DNA of 64,000 nt from a virus (taxonomy: Duplodnaviria > Caudoviricetes). The stretch lies in the IMG/VR virus record IMGVR_UViG_3300027766_000001, one strand, 5' to 3'. Both the position numbers and the translations under genes were made by a program. Numbering within the stretch: position 1 is the first letter of the stretch; each line of letters begins with the position of its first letter. This document shows, piece by piece, positions 17,606 to 26,610 of the stretch. The notes under the pieces were generated by a model. It was not told where the DNA came from, did no database searches, and saw only the letters and a program-made list of their open reading frames with translations.

Positions 17606-18349
17606 ATGGCCCGTCCTCAATTTACCCCACGTGAAAAATCGTTCCTGAATGACTGGAACACCTGCATGAAAGGACCGACGCAGAACGGTGCGCAGCATCC
17701 GTCTGAATTCCGTATGGTTATGGCCGGTAACAACGTGGCTATCCAGATCGAAACCAAACTGCGTGATGCCAAGAACTACGGTCGCTTTGAAGTCAAAGTC
17801 CCGTACACCTCTGCAATCGGCGTGCTGGTGACAATCGACTACCTGCTGAAGAACAAAGACAAAGGCAAGCTGTCTTATGCCATGAAAGACTTCGTCTTCT
17901 TCGGCCCGGGTAAACGTTCTGACAGCCCGATGGAGAAAGGTAAGCTGACCGTGGGTCGTGATGCAGACGGTTGTCTGTACATGGGCCTGTCGGGCAAAGA
18001 CATCACTCCGATCAAATTCGTGTTCGTGCCGGCGATGTTCGATGAATGGCTGGATGAAAGCGGTTCACGTCTGGCGCCTGCGCCGCAGTCTGAGCTGGCT
18101 GCAACCATGTTCTACGAAACCTATCGCGGTCTGCTGCCGGTCATCGCAACCATGTACTACAAAGAGCCTGAGAAGAAAGAAGGCGGTAATGGTGGTAATG
18201 GCGGCGGCGGAAACGGTGGCGGCTACGGCGGTGGTAACCGTGGTGGCAATGGTGGCGGAAATGGCGGTGGTGGTAACTGGGGTGGTGGCGGTAATAACAA
18301 CTCTGGTGGCGGTGATTCTGGCGGCTTCGACGACAGCATTCCGTTCTAA
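17606..18349 (+). CDS. chmC: ChmC, nucleus-associated nucleic-acid-binding protein (phiKZ gp67-like)
   Basis: Core gene preceding the gp68-like nvRNAP subunit; beta-rich N-terminal domain plus G/N-rich disordered tail ending FDDSIPF; AGGAG RBS. Confidence 0.7.
   Translation: MARPQFTPREKSFLNDWNTCMKGPTQNGAQHPSEFRMVMAGNNVAIQIETKLRDAKNYGRFEVKVPYTSAIGVLVTIDYLLKNKDKGKLSYAMKDFVFFGPGKRSDSPMEKGKLTVGRDADGCLYMGLSGKDITPIKFVFVPAMFDEWLDESGSRLAPAPQSELAATMFYETYRGLLPVIATMYYKEPEKKEGGNGGNGGGGNGGGYGGGNRGGNGGGNGGGGNWGGGGNNNSGGGDSGGFDDSIPF
18181..18325 (+). repeat. Gly/Asn low-complexity repeat (GGN/GGG)
   Basis: Encodes GGNGGNGGGGNGGGYGGGNRGGNGGGNGGGGNWGGGGNNNSGGG. Confidence 0.85.
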
Positions 18350-18379
18350 GCAGTACCAGTTAATGCGCTAACTCATACG

Positions 18380-18408
18380 GGCAGGACTTCGGTCCTGCCT
18401 TTATGCCG
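18380..18408 (+). terminator. UUCG hairpin plus TTATGCCG
   Basis: GGCAGGAC-ttcg-GTCCTGCC-TTTATGCCG. Confidence 0.85.
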
Positions 18409-18446
18409 GTTGATGGTATGAACTTACTATTGGGTTAGAGGCGTTT

Positions 18447-19217
18447 ATGCTTGAGGCATTATTATCTTCACCGCCTTTAATAAAGGCAGCCCCTGGTCAG
18501 GTACAATATGTCATAGCGGGAACATATTCATGGAAGGTTCCTGATGGGGTGAAATCTATCTGTGCAGTCTGCATCGGGGGTGGGTCACAAGCTTCATCAA
18601 CTGGCGGGTTCTTCGGTGGGATGGGCGCGGCGTTACGTTGGGAAAACAACATCCCTGTCACACCAGGCGAAACCTTGACTATTGTTGTGGCGGCAGGAAA
18701 ACCATCGATTGGCTACACGGGTGCATTGGGTTATTCTGCCGGTAATGATACGATTATCAAACGCGGATCAACCATTTTGCTTAAAGCAGCCGGTGGGCGT
18801 CAAACCAGTGATCAGCAAATTGCTGACTCAGTGGGTGTCAATGGCGGTAATGGTGGGGTACGTATCAGTGCACCCAATAACAACTCGGGTATTCCTGGTT
18901 CAGGTACGGGTGGTTATTTTGGGGACGGTGGCGGTAGTTCAGCGAATGCTCAGCCTACTGATACCACCGCAGGTAAAGCAGGCGGAACAAGTGGCAACTC
19001 TGTAAACGGACAATACATCAGTGGCGGTGGTGACGGCACTGGTGCGTTCCTCACAGGGCAAGGCGGCTCAGGCACACGTTGCGGTGCCGGTGGTGGTTGT
19101 ACTAGCCGTTCGAGTGATTACGCCAAAGCATACGGTCCCGGCGGTACAGGTGGTTGTCGAATCATTTGGGGTACCGATCGTTCGTACCCAAGCAATGCTT
19201 TAGATGTAGCAGCATAA
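18447..19217 (+). CDS. glycine-rich virion/tail-fibre-associated protein
   Basis: GTYSWKVPDGVKSICAVCIGGG ... GGTGGCRIIWG glycine-rich fibre signature; own TATG motif at 18417 and own terminator. Confidence 0.7.
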   Translation: MLEALLSSPPLIKAAPGQVQYVIAGTYSWKVPDGVKSICAVCIGGGSQASSTGGFFGGMGAALRWENNIPVTPGETLTIVVAAGKPSIGYTGALGYSAGNDTIIKRGSTILLKAAGGRQTSDQQIADSVGVNGGNGGVRISAPNNNSGIPGSGTGGYFGDGGGSSANAQPTDTTAGKAGGTSGNSVNGQYISGGGDGTGAFLTGQGGSGTRCGAGGGCTSRSSDYAKAYGPGGTGGCRIIWGTDRSYPSNALDVAA

Positions 19218-19223
19218 TTACCG

Positions 19224-19254
19224 GGCCGGGGAGTCATACCCGGCCTTTATGCCG
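19224..19254 (+). terminator. hairpin plus TTATGCCG
   Basis: GGCCGGG...CCCGGCC-TTTATGCCG. Confidence 0.8.
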
Positions 19255-19342
19255 ATCTGGCGCGGTTTCTCCGTTTTTTCTGACATAAACCCCCTACCTT
19301 ATAAGTGTCAGTATTACGCAATAAAACCAAACATTTTTAAAG

Positions 19343-19359
19343 CCTACATTACTAATGTG
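19343..19359 (+). promoter_or_regulatory. early promoter for the gp68-picA-gp70 operon
   Basis: CCTACATTAC-taat-GTG preceded by an A/T tract. Confidence 0.75.
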
Positions 19360-19386
19360 TGTGATCACCATTGAGGATCTTTACCT

Positions 19387-20922
19387 GTGAACTTAAGTTA
19401 CACATCCAAGCAATCCACATCGGGGCTAATGCTTGCCACGATTCTGGTCAGCCACAACGGTGAATCCATTACGTTTAACCAAGATGGATTCTTCAAGTCC
19501 AGTCAGAAAGATCACCAAGGTACGTTTGACGAATTAAACGGTTATATTGCGGCCTACCTCAACCCGCAACAACAACAGCAGATGTTCAGTGTGTATCAGC
19601 GTATTCGCTACATTCTGGATACTGAGCAGGCAACGCCGAAAACGTTACTGCCAAAGTTGCAACCTCTGGTTCGTGAACTGTATTCGCTGGTGAGTATTAA
19701 TGACGTTAACCTTTACATGTACAACAATAACCTGACCCACATTCCCAGTGGTGTGCATGAAGTTGCGGTGCAGAACAAAGAGTATTCCGATGATACCACG
19801 TACTTAAAAGCCGATTACATCCGTCTGGTCAACTTGTCAGTGTTGTTGCACTTGATGGCACCGGTGATTGCTGACTACGTCAATGCCGTAGGTGCGGTGA
19901 CGGGTGTGCAGTTCAAAGAGATTGCTGCACTGGCGTTGTTTACCTATGCAGACATCTATCACTGCGAAGAGATGGTGAAAGTTCGCCGTTACGTAGAAGC
20001 CCACTGTTATAAGCAGCCTGTGCCGTTGTCCGCAACGCTCGGTGGTTTGTCAGAGGAAAGCTTCCCGAAATGGATGCTGGCTTCTATCATTGCTCGTCGA
20101 CTGTGTATCAACCACGTTCGTCATGATGACACCAGTGGTCACCTGGTGACACAGATCTTCATGCACATTCGCTACAACATCCGTTTAGACGGAAAGTTTG
20201 GTGGCGGTGTGATGGCGAAGAACGGTCGTCATGTGGTGGGCGATGATGAGCAGGAAAAGCCCGTCATTGAAAACTGGAAGACCAAACAGGAGATCTACGA
20301 AACGGATATCCAGATTTGTGAAGAAGGGTACGTTGAACCGTACTTCCCTGCTTCGCATATCGAGCCCGGTCTTTCGCGTGACATGTTAGACAAGTGTTTG
20401 AAAGCCATCCCCACTGACTGGAACTTTGAACTGACCGAGCATCAGGTAATGTTGATGCAATGGGTGAGTGCAAAGTTTACCCCTCCGGCAGCGGTTGAGT
20501 ATTTCAACTTTAACGTCGACATGGTGTTACTGGCGATCACGCAAGCAGTGCTGTGGCATCGTGGGTTCCCACAACTGGCAGCGATTGCCGGCACGTATCG
20601 TGCAGATGTGCAAATCGATGAACTGCCGGTGCCGCAACAGGCATTGCCACAAAACGTGAAAGCTGAACTGGAGAAGATGTACAATATCCAACTGGATAAA
20701 CGTCAAGGCACCAACGACGGTTTAGTGCATCGCACCATTGAAGCGTTTACCCGATCTGTCATGGTCGGTACGTATAAAGTGGTCGGCCCGGATGAGTTAC
20801 TGATCGCATCGCAGATTGTCGATTACGAACGTATCCTGGTTGTACCGAATAACCTGAACTTCTTGATTGCAGACTTAATTCGTTACGTCGCAACCGAAGG
20901 TCAACTTGAAGTCGCTAATTAA
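19387..20922 (+). CDS. non-virion RNA polymerase promoter-specificity subunit (phiKZ gp68-like)
   Basis: 511 aa, GTG start with GAGGA RBS; synteny chmC-gp68-gp69-gp70-gp71/73-gp74-gp75. Confidence 0.75.
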   Translation: MNLSYTSKQSTSGLMLATILVSHNGESITFNQDGFFKSSQKDHQGTFDELNGYIAAYLNPQQQQQMFSVYQRIRYILDTEQATPKTLLPKLQPLVRELYSLVSINDVNLYMYNNNLTHIPSGVHEVAVQNKEYSDDTTYLKADYIRLVNLSVLLHLMAPVIADYVNAVGAVTGVQFKEIAALALFTYADIYHCEEMVKVRRYVEAHCYKQPVPLSATLGGLSEESFPKWMLASIIARRLCINHVRHDDTSGHLVTQIFMHIRYNIRLDGKFGGGVMAKNGRHVVGDDEQEKPVIENWKTKQEIYETDIQICEEGYVEPYFPASHIEPGLSRDMLDKCLKAIPTDWNFELTEHQVMLMQWVSAKFTPPAAVEYFNFNVDMVLLAITQAVLWHRGFPQLAAIAGTYRADVQIDELPVPQQALPQNVKAELEKMYNIQLDKRQGTNDGLVHRTIEAFTRSVMVGTYKVVGPDELLIASQIVDYERILVVPNNLNFLIADLIRYVATEGQLEVAN

Positions 20923-20939
20923 CTTGTAGGAGAGAACAC

Positions 20940-22430
20940 ATGAGCATCGGGACACACGCCGGCGGATTTATCGAAATGGGTTTAATGTGCCGTACCACGC
21001 GGTACCACACGCAATACCGTCGCCCAATGCACGCAAACTTTGGTCAGAACATCAACGCTCTGGCAGAAATTGCAGCAGGCAACGACTTCAGTAAAGAACG
21101 TCTGGCGCCGATTGCAGCGACTTCTCTGACCATGAACCCGCAGATTGAATCAGAAGCGGGTATCATCGGTGGTTGGGGTGAAGAGCGCTGCCTGTTTGCG
21201 CTGAAGATTGTTCACCAAACCAACCATGCGGGTACCATGCGTTTAGTGCAGTACCTGCAAGGTTATACCGACCATATGGGTATGCACATGGGTGCAAATG
21301 GCATCATCGGTGGTTCTGCCGGTAAGATCTCCATTAACCCTGCTATGCGTCTGTTCTTTAACAGCAGCTTAATGTTCCAGGAGCACACGCACGTTAACGG
21401 CTACGGTCAGCAGCAGACCACAGTTACGCCGGTAGAAGCCAGTCAGCTGTTAATGGGTACCACGGCCTCATTGCACCAAGGTACGTACACGCTTCGCCCT
21501 GAAGATGTGTACAGCCTGATGCACACGCAGGAAGTGGTGAACTCGGTTAGCCGTTATCAGGAAAATAACGGTCAGGGTGCACAGGTCAATATGCAAGATG
21601 GTCGTGTGATGTTCCAAAACGGTCAGCCGTTGAAGAAGTCTGCACGCACCAACTTAATCCCGTCTAACTACATGTCACAACTGTTAACCACACCGTCAAA
21701 CATCATGATGGCGTATCAAGGTGAGCAGAACGTTGACGTTGCTAATAAAGCGGCGACATCGTTGTCAAGTGGTTACGTGGCATCTGATCAGACCCTCGGC
21801 ATGATGCTGGAACGCACCGGTCTGTCTGAGAACGGCTCGATCACGTACGGTGAACTGTGTCAGCTGTTCCAGAACGCGGATAACACCATTGTCCGTCTGG
21901 GTATGGAATCAGCTCAAGTTCAAGGTGCTCACGGTCAGAACTCTGAGTACATGAACGGTGCGAACTGGGAAACCATTATCTCGCAGATGCTGCAGAACGT
22001 GGTAGCGGCGCTGATGGTGGAAACCTCCATGCGTAAGATCATGCTGGCAGGTGATAACTTCTCTGGGTCGGACATGATGCAGGGTACCATCGCTGGTCAG
22101 TTCAAAATCAACGCATTGAACGGACAGTCGTTCATTGCCGGTCGTCCGTGGGAATATTCCTGCGAACAGGTGAAGATGCGTTTGATCCAGGAATTCCTGG
22201 TAGGCTTTACTGGTCACAACTACGTGCCAATCGGTTTCTCTCTGTACATTGACCTGTATGGCGAATGCGTCATTGACGTAACGTATAATGGTGGCCCGGT
22301 GACTCGCTACGCTACACCGATGTTTGGTGATAGCCTGTACTCACCAATGTTGACGGATAACCGTGCTACCCTGGCACACATGTCCGCGGAAACCCGTCAA
22401 GTTACACACAACCTTCTCAACGTACTGTAA
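20940..22430 (+). CDS. picA: phage nucleus protein import factor PicA/Imp1 (phiKZ gp69-like)
   Basis: 496 aa directly after the gp68-like gene; TTRYHTQYRRP, GWGEER, YLQGYTD, LRPEDV and P.F.DSLYSP motifs; identification relies on synteny and size. Confidence 0.72.
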   Translation: MSIGTHAGGFIEMGLMCRTTRYHTQYRRPMHANFGQNINALAEIAAGNDFSKERLAPIAATSLTMNPQIESEAGIIGGWGEERCLFALKIVHQTNHAGTMRLVQYLQGYTDHMGMHMGANGIIGGSAGKISINPAMRLFFNSSLMFQEHTHVNGYGQQQTTVTPVEASQLLMGTTASLHQGTYTLRPEDVYSLMHTQEVVNSVSRYQENNGQGAQVNMQDGRVMFQNGQPLKKSARTNLIPSNYMSQLLTTPSNIMMAYQGEQNVDVANKAATSLSSGYVASDQTLGMMLERTGLSENGSITYGELCQLFQNADNTIVRLGMESAQVQGAHGQNSEYMNGANWETIISQMLQNVVAALMVETSMRKIMLAGDNFSGSDMMQGTIAGQFKINALNGQSFIAGRPWEYSCEQVKMRLIQEFLVGFTGHNYVPIGFSLYIDLYGECVIDVTYNGGPVTRYATPMFGDSLYSPMLTDNRATLAHMSAETRQVTHNLLNVL

Positions 22431-22439
22431 GGAATTAGC

Positions 22440-23993
22440 ATGGAACTGTTACAACACTACAAAGCTTTCGTAGAATCGGTCCCGGGTAACATCGTCGACC
22501 AGACCGGTCATGTTCTGCGTGAGACCAGTGAAGGGCTGAAGCCAGTCGTGTGGGTAGGTAAAGAAGTGGTGCTGCCTACCCCTGAATTCCTGGCATCTCC
22601 GGACTGGAACAAATACATTCCTTTCCACCCGATGTGCGAATCCATCGCACGTGGTGAGTCGGACATCATTCAGCTGGCGCAGACCTTTGTGCGTATCTCT
22701 CTGTGGGATCGCTTCATCGATGTTGCGCGTACCCTGCTGCAGATCGCAGCAGATCAGTCACTGCAGACCAAACTGACGCCGGCACAACAGAAACTGCTGA
22801 GTGCAATTTCTGAAGCGGATGCGACCACCCTGGAAAACTTCGGTAAGATCATTGCGAAATCTCGTCATGATTACTCTGAAGGTCTGGATCGTCGTATCAT
22901 CGCGGTGTACTTGCGTCGTGGTGGTTCACAGGACGGCCAGCGTTTCTCACGCACCTTCGTGACGCGCTTCCCGCTGTACAACGAGCTGCTGAAAGCAGAA
23001 GATGCGAAGGATGCCAAAGACCGTAAGGTATTTGATGTCCAACTGCGTGCAAAAGACATCCCGGTGTTGAAAGCACTGCACGAAACCATCTTCCCGGGTG
23101 ACGAGTCGACGTACACCATCGGTACGAACTCTAACCTGGCGCCGTACTACACGGTCCTGCTGAACGGTTATGCAAACATGGCGGGTCAGTTAAACTCGAT
23201 CATCAAGCCGTTTAGCAAAACCAAAGGCGTGAACCTTAAACTGATCGACCTGAGCTGGGACCAAGGTGATGACCTGACGCGTTTCCGTAACGCGATTCCG
23301 GCACTGCCACACAACGAAGGTAACGATCCGGTTGCAGATCCGAACGCGGCACCGCAGGCCACACAGCCGGTTGCTCAACAGCAGCCGACTCTGCAGACCG
23401 CCTTTGCTCAGCCGATGTCACAACCGCTGGCGCAGCCTCAGGCACAACCTGTCGCTGATACCTTTACCAAACCAACGGCAACCATCGGTTCCGCTAATCC
23501 GTCACACGCAGCGCCTAAGCCGGCCGCCAACAACAGCAACACTGTGGGTTGGAATGACCTGGCTAAGCAGAATCAGCCGCAGATGGGTTACGGTATGCCA
23601 CAACAGGGATACGGTTACGGTCAACCGATGATGCCACAGCAGGGTATGCCAATGATGCCGCAACCAGGCATGATGCAACCGCAGGGTATGTATCCGAACA
23701 CCCCGCAGTTCCAACCACAGCAGCCAATGATGCCTCAACAACAGATGATGTATCAGCAACCGCAACCTGGTTTCAGCTACGGCCCGATGATGGCAAACGG
23801 TATGCCGCAACCACCAATGCCACCAACAACGCAGCCTCAGCAGCCGCAAATCATGCAGGGTCAACCTAACATGATGTACCAGCCGCAGATGCCGCAGATG
23901 ATGTACCAGCAGCCGGGCATGCCAATGATGCAGCAACCGGGAATGATGCAGCCGCAGCAGTATGCGCCGCAGTTCCAGTTTGTTACGCGTTAA
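22440..23993 (+). CDS. conserved chimallivirus protein (phiKZ gp70-like) with Q/P/M-rich low-complexity tail
   Basis: About 295-aa globular N-terminal domain (FHPMCESIARGES) followed by about 220 aa of low complexity. Confidence 0.75.
   Translation: MELLQHYKAFVESVPGNIVDQTGHVLRETSEGLKPVVWVGKEVVLPTPEFLASPDWNKYIPFHPMCESIARGESDIIQLAQTFVRISLWDRFIDVARTLLQIAADQSLQTKLTPAQQKLLSAISEADATTLENFGKIIAKSRHDYSEGLDRRIIAVYLRRGGSQDGQRFSRTFVTRFPLYNELLKAEDAKDAKDRKVFDVQLRAKDIPVLKALHETIFPGDESTYTIGTNSNLAPYYTVLLNGYANMAGQLNSIIKPFSKTKGVNLKLIDLSWDQGDDLTRFRNAIPALPHNEGNDPVADPNAAPQATQPVAQQQPTLQTAFAQPMSQPLAQPQAQPVADTFTKPTATIGSANPSHAAPKPAANNSNTVGWNDLAKQNQPQMGYGMPQQGYGYGQPMMPQQGMPMMPQPGMMQPQGMYPNTPQFQPQQPMMPQQQMMYQQPQPGFSYGPMMANGMPQPPMPPTTQPQQPQIMQGQPNMMYQPQMPQMMYQQPGMPMMQQPGMMQPQQYAPQFQFVTR
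23330..23980 (+). repeat. Q/P/M/G/Y degenerate repeats
   Basis: PMMPQQ, GMMQPQ and MMYQQP units repeated. Confidence 0.85.
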
Positions 23994-24002
23994 TCGGTAG
24001 GC

Positions 24003-24060
24003 CGGCATAAGTAAGAGGCGATGTGGGGGAAACCCCACATCTGCCCCTTCTTATTTTTTG
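24003..24060. terminator. bidirectional terminator
   Basis: CGGCATAA ... GATGTGGGG-gaaa-CCCCACATC ... TTATTTTTT between convergent genes. Confidence 0.85.
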
Positions 24061-24062
24061 TC

Positions 24063-24413
24063 TCACTTATTAGTGTAGTGAAGCGTGATCAGCCCTTGCA
24101 GCATTTGATCTGATTCATCGATGACCAACATCCCCTCTCTTAAGAAGTCCCAGATGAACGGATCGATGATGTCGTTAATGCGCATGATCAGCCAGTGCAG
24201 ATGCATTGGCGTACCGAATTCCTTTAACACCATGCGAAAGTCACCACGGTCATTCTCTTGTGCGAGAAGGGACGGTGCCTTATCACCCGTTACCAACGTA
24301 GCACGTGCTTTCAGGAGGTCAATATGTTTCTCCAGCTTAGAGCGAAACACCGGATCGTTGAACAGTTTGTTACTGGGATACTTGATTTTGTTTCTGGCCG
24401 TGATCATCGTCAC
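24063..24413 (-). CDS. putative LysM-like baseplate wedge protein (T4 gp53-like)
   Basis: FGTPMHLHWLIMRINDIIDPF resembles the T4 gp53 YG...LYW.....N...DPF pattern; GGAG RBS; start is 24413 or 24407. Confidence 0.5.
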   Translation of the reverse strand: MTMITARNKIKYPSNKLFNDPVFRSKLEKHIDLLKARATLVTGDKAPSLLAQENDRGDFRMVLKEFGTPMHLHWLIMRINDIIDPFIWDFLREGMLVIDESDQMLQGLITLHYTNK

Positions 24414-24439
24414 CCTGCTCCATCTTAGAATAGCTTAAG

Positions 24440-24455
24440 CCTATATTATCTAAAT
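24440..24455 (+). promoter_or_regulatory. early promoter for the nvRNAP beta/beta'/helicase operon
   Basis: CCTATATTAT, variant of the CCTAYATTAC consensus. Confidence 0.6.
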
Positions 24456-24488
24456 GATGAGACTACACTTGTTTGAGGATAAACCAGT

Positions 24489-26600
24489 ATGACATCCCCT
24501 GTAATTGAAGCCAGTGAACTATCTGCTGACATTCTGTCATCAGTACTTTCGTTGAACGCCACGGTGCACGGTGACTCATCACCGCGTTCAGCGATGTTTG
24601 CCGGTCACGCCGGACAAGCCGTAACCATTGCGGGCGCAACACCCAATCCGTTGAAAACGGGTCAGGAGTATGAGTACGCCAAAGGAACGTTTAAGATTGA
24701 AGCGCCTTGTGACATGTTGGTCATTGATGTGATCCAGCGTTTCTCTGAGACGTGGGGTAAAGGCAGTGTGCGCAGCAACCCGGAAACCTTTGTCTTGTAT
24801 GAACGGGTATCGGATAAGCGTACCGCGTTAGAACAGGCATCTAACGTGTTTGGTGTACTGCGTATTCCTGCGTACCATACGCGTAACCATGCGTTGGGCT
24901 TTAAGTATGTGCATCATGTTGCGAACCAACAACTGTTGCGCCCAGGTAACGTGGTCTTAAAAGGCACTGTGTTTGCTTACTCACCGAACGTAACAGCCGG
25001 TGGGGATTACAAATACGGGCGTTCAACCAACGTTGCCTTTATGTCGATCCCTGAGGTCGAGCAGGACGGCATGGTGGTCACGGAATCGTTTGCACGAGCC
25101 ATGGCCTGTACCAAGATCGAAAGCCGTATTGCCCAGTGGGGTGAAAACAAAGTCCTGCTGAACCTTTATGGTACCGCGGATGTGTACAAACCGTTCCCAG
25201 ATATCGGCGAGAAGATCCGTCCGGATGGTCTGTTGTTTGCGGTGCGTACGATTCGTCCTGGTGTGGGTATTGTTAACCTTACGCCAAAAGCCCTGATGCA
25301 GTTCGACGATCTGTTCGATGAAGGGAAGTACGGCGAAGCCGGTGCCACCATCATTAACATTGCGGTGAAGTCTGACCGTATGCGTACCGGGCGTAGCGAA
25401 GTTCAGTTCTACGACAAACAAGCCGACCGTTATGAGCGTGCTGCTCGTTCGTTCTCGACTCGTCTGCGTGAGAACTACGAAAAGCTATTGCGTCAACATC
25501 CGCACACTCTGTTGCTCGAAGATGAACTGAACCGTATGATGACCGATGCGATTTCGGACACCGGTGGTTTGGATCGTCGTATGAACCATCAGGGTGAAGT
25601 CATCAGCATGGACAAAGGTGCCCAGATTTACAACAAGGTACCGATTGGTGACTGGCGTGCAGAAATCACCTTCGTGAAGAACCTGGAAGCCGGTGTGCGT
25701 TTCAAGATTACGGACGTGCATGGCGGTAAGGGGGTTATCGTTAAGGTGATCAAGGATGAAGATGCACCAACGGACATGAACGGCAACCGTGCTGACGTTA
25801 TCATGGATAACTGTTCTATTACCAAACGTATGAACCTGGGCAAACCGTCTGAGCAGTATATCAACGGGGCGTCGGCGTATGCAGGTAAGGTTGCGCGTCA
25901 ACTGCGTGATGCGGGTGACACAGATGGTGCGTGGAATCACCTGATGAGTTACTACGAAGCTGCAGCGTACGAACAGTGGCAGGCAATGCAGTCGCCGGTG
26001 TATGAAACCAAAACCAACCGTGACTTCCATGTGAACTGGGTGTGCGAGCATGGTGTGGAATTGTTCTGCCCAACAGACCGTAAGTTCTTTGGCGCTGAGC
26101 AGATCCGTCGCATCATGAAACATCACGACTTCCCAACCACACCGGTTCAGTATCGTGCGCCGAACGGTGAAATGGTCTGGACCAAAGATCCGGTGGTGAT
26201 TGCACCAATCTACATCATCCTGCTGGAGAAGATGGGGGAATACTGGGCGTCGTGTGCGATTCCTAAGCTCACGCACTTTGGTATCCTGTCTACCCTGACG
26301 CAAGTCGATAAGTATTCGTTGCCGTGGCGTAATACGCCGACACGCTTTACGGGTGAATCGGAAGTGCGTCTGTTCCTGGCTGCGTGTGGTGGTTGGTTCA
26401 CGAACCGTCTGCTGTCGTTTGCAAACACGCCAACCATGCAGAAAGCCGCTGTGGTGAAAATCCTGCGGGCCAAAGATCCGATGCGCTTACCGAGTATGAT
26501 TGATGAGAAGGAAACCCCGTTAGGTCGTGGTCGTCCTCTTCAGATGTACAAACATATTCAGGCGTGTCGTGGTATTCAATTGGAACGTAGTGCGGCTTAA
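24489..26600 (+). CDS. rpoB: non-virion RNA polymerase beta C-terminal subunit (phiKZ gp71/73-like), uninterrupted
   Basis: SPRSAMF..HAGQA, VAFMS...EQDG, KIRPDGLL, KITDVHGGKGV (K..HGxKG), R.NLG, IYIILLEK and RFTGESE motifs. Confidence 0.92.
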   Translation: MTSPVIEASELSADILSSVLSLNATVHGDSSPRSAMFAGHAGQAVTIAGATPNPLKTGQEYEYAKGTFKIEAPCDMLVIDVIQRFSETWGKGSVRSNPETFVLYERVSDKRTALEQASNVFGVLRIPAYHTRNHALGFKYVHHVANQQLLRPGNVVLKGTVFAYSPNVTAGGDYKYGRSTNVAFMSIPEVEQDGMVVTESFARAMACTKIESRIAQWGENKVLLNLYGTADVYKPFPDIGEKIRPDGLLFAVRTIRPGVGIVNLTPKALMQFDDLFDEGKYGEAGATIINIAVKSDRMRTGRSEVQFYDKQADRYERAARSFSTRLRENYEKLLRQHPHTLLLEDELNRMMTDAISDTGGLDRRMNHQGEVISMDKGAQIYNKVPIGDWRAEITFVKNLEAGVRFKITDVHGGKGVIVKVIKDEDAPTDMNGNRADVIMDNCSITKRMNLGKPSEQYINGASAYAGKVARQLRDAGDTDGAWNHLMSYYEAAAYEQWQAMQSPVYETKTNRDFHVNWVCEHGVELFCPTDRKFFGAEQIRRIMKHHDFPTTPVQYRAPNGEMVWTKDPVVIAPIYIILLEKMGEYWASCAIPKLTHFGILSTLTQVDKYSLPWRNTPTRFTGESEVRLFLAACGGWFTNRLLSFANTPTMQKAAVVKILRAKDPMRLPSMIDEKETPLGRGRPLQMYKHIQACRGIQLERSAA

Positions 26601-26610
26601 GGGGTAGTGG

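Noticed and set aside
23502-24038. 178-aa minus-strand His/Leu/Arg-rich ORF
   Set aside because: Shadow of the Q/P/M repeat region
25485-26303. 272-aa minus-strand ORF inside the nvRNAP beta gene
   Set aside because: Antisense shadow of a conserved gene
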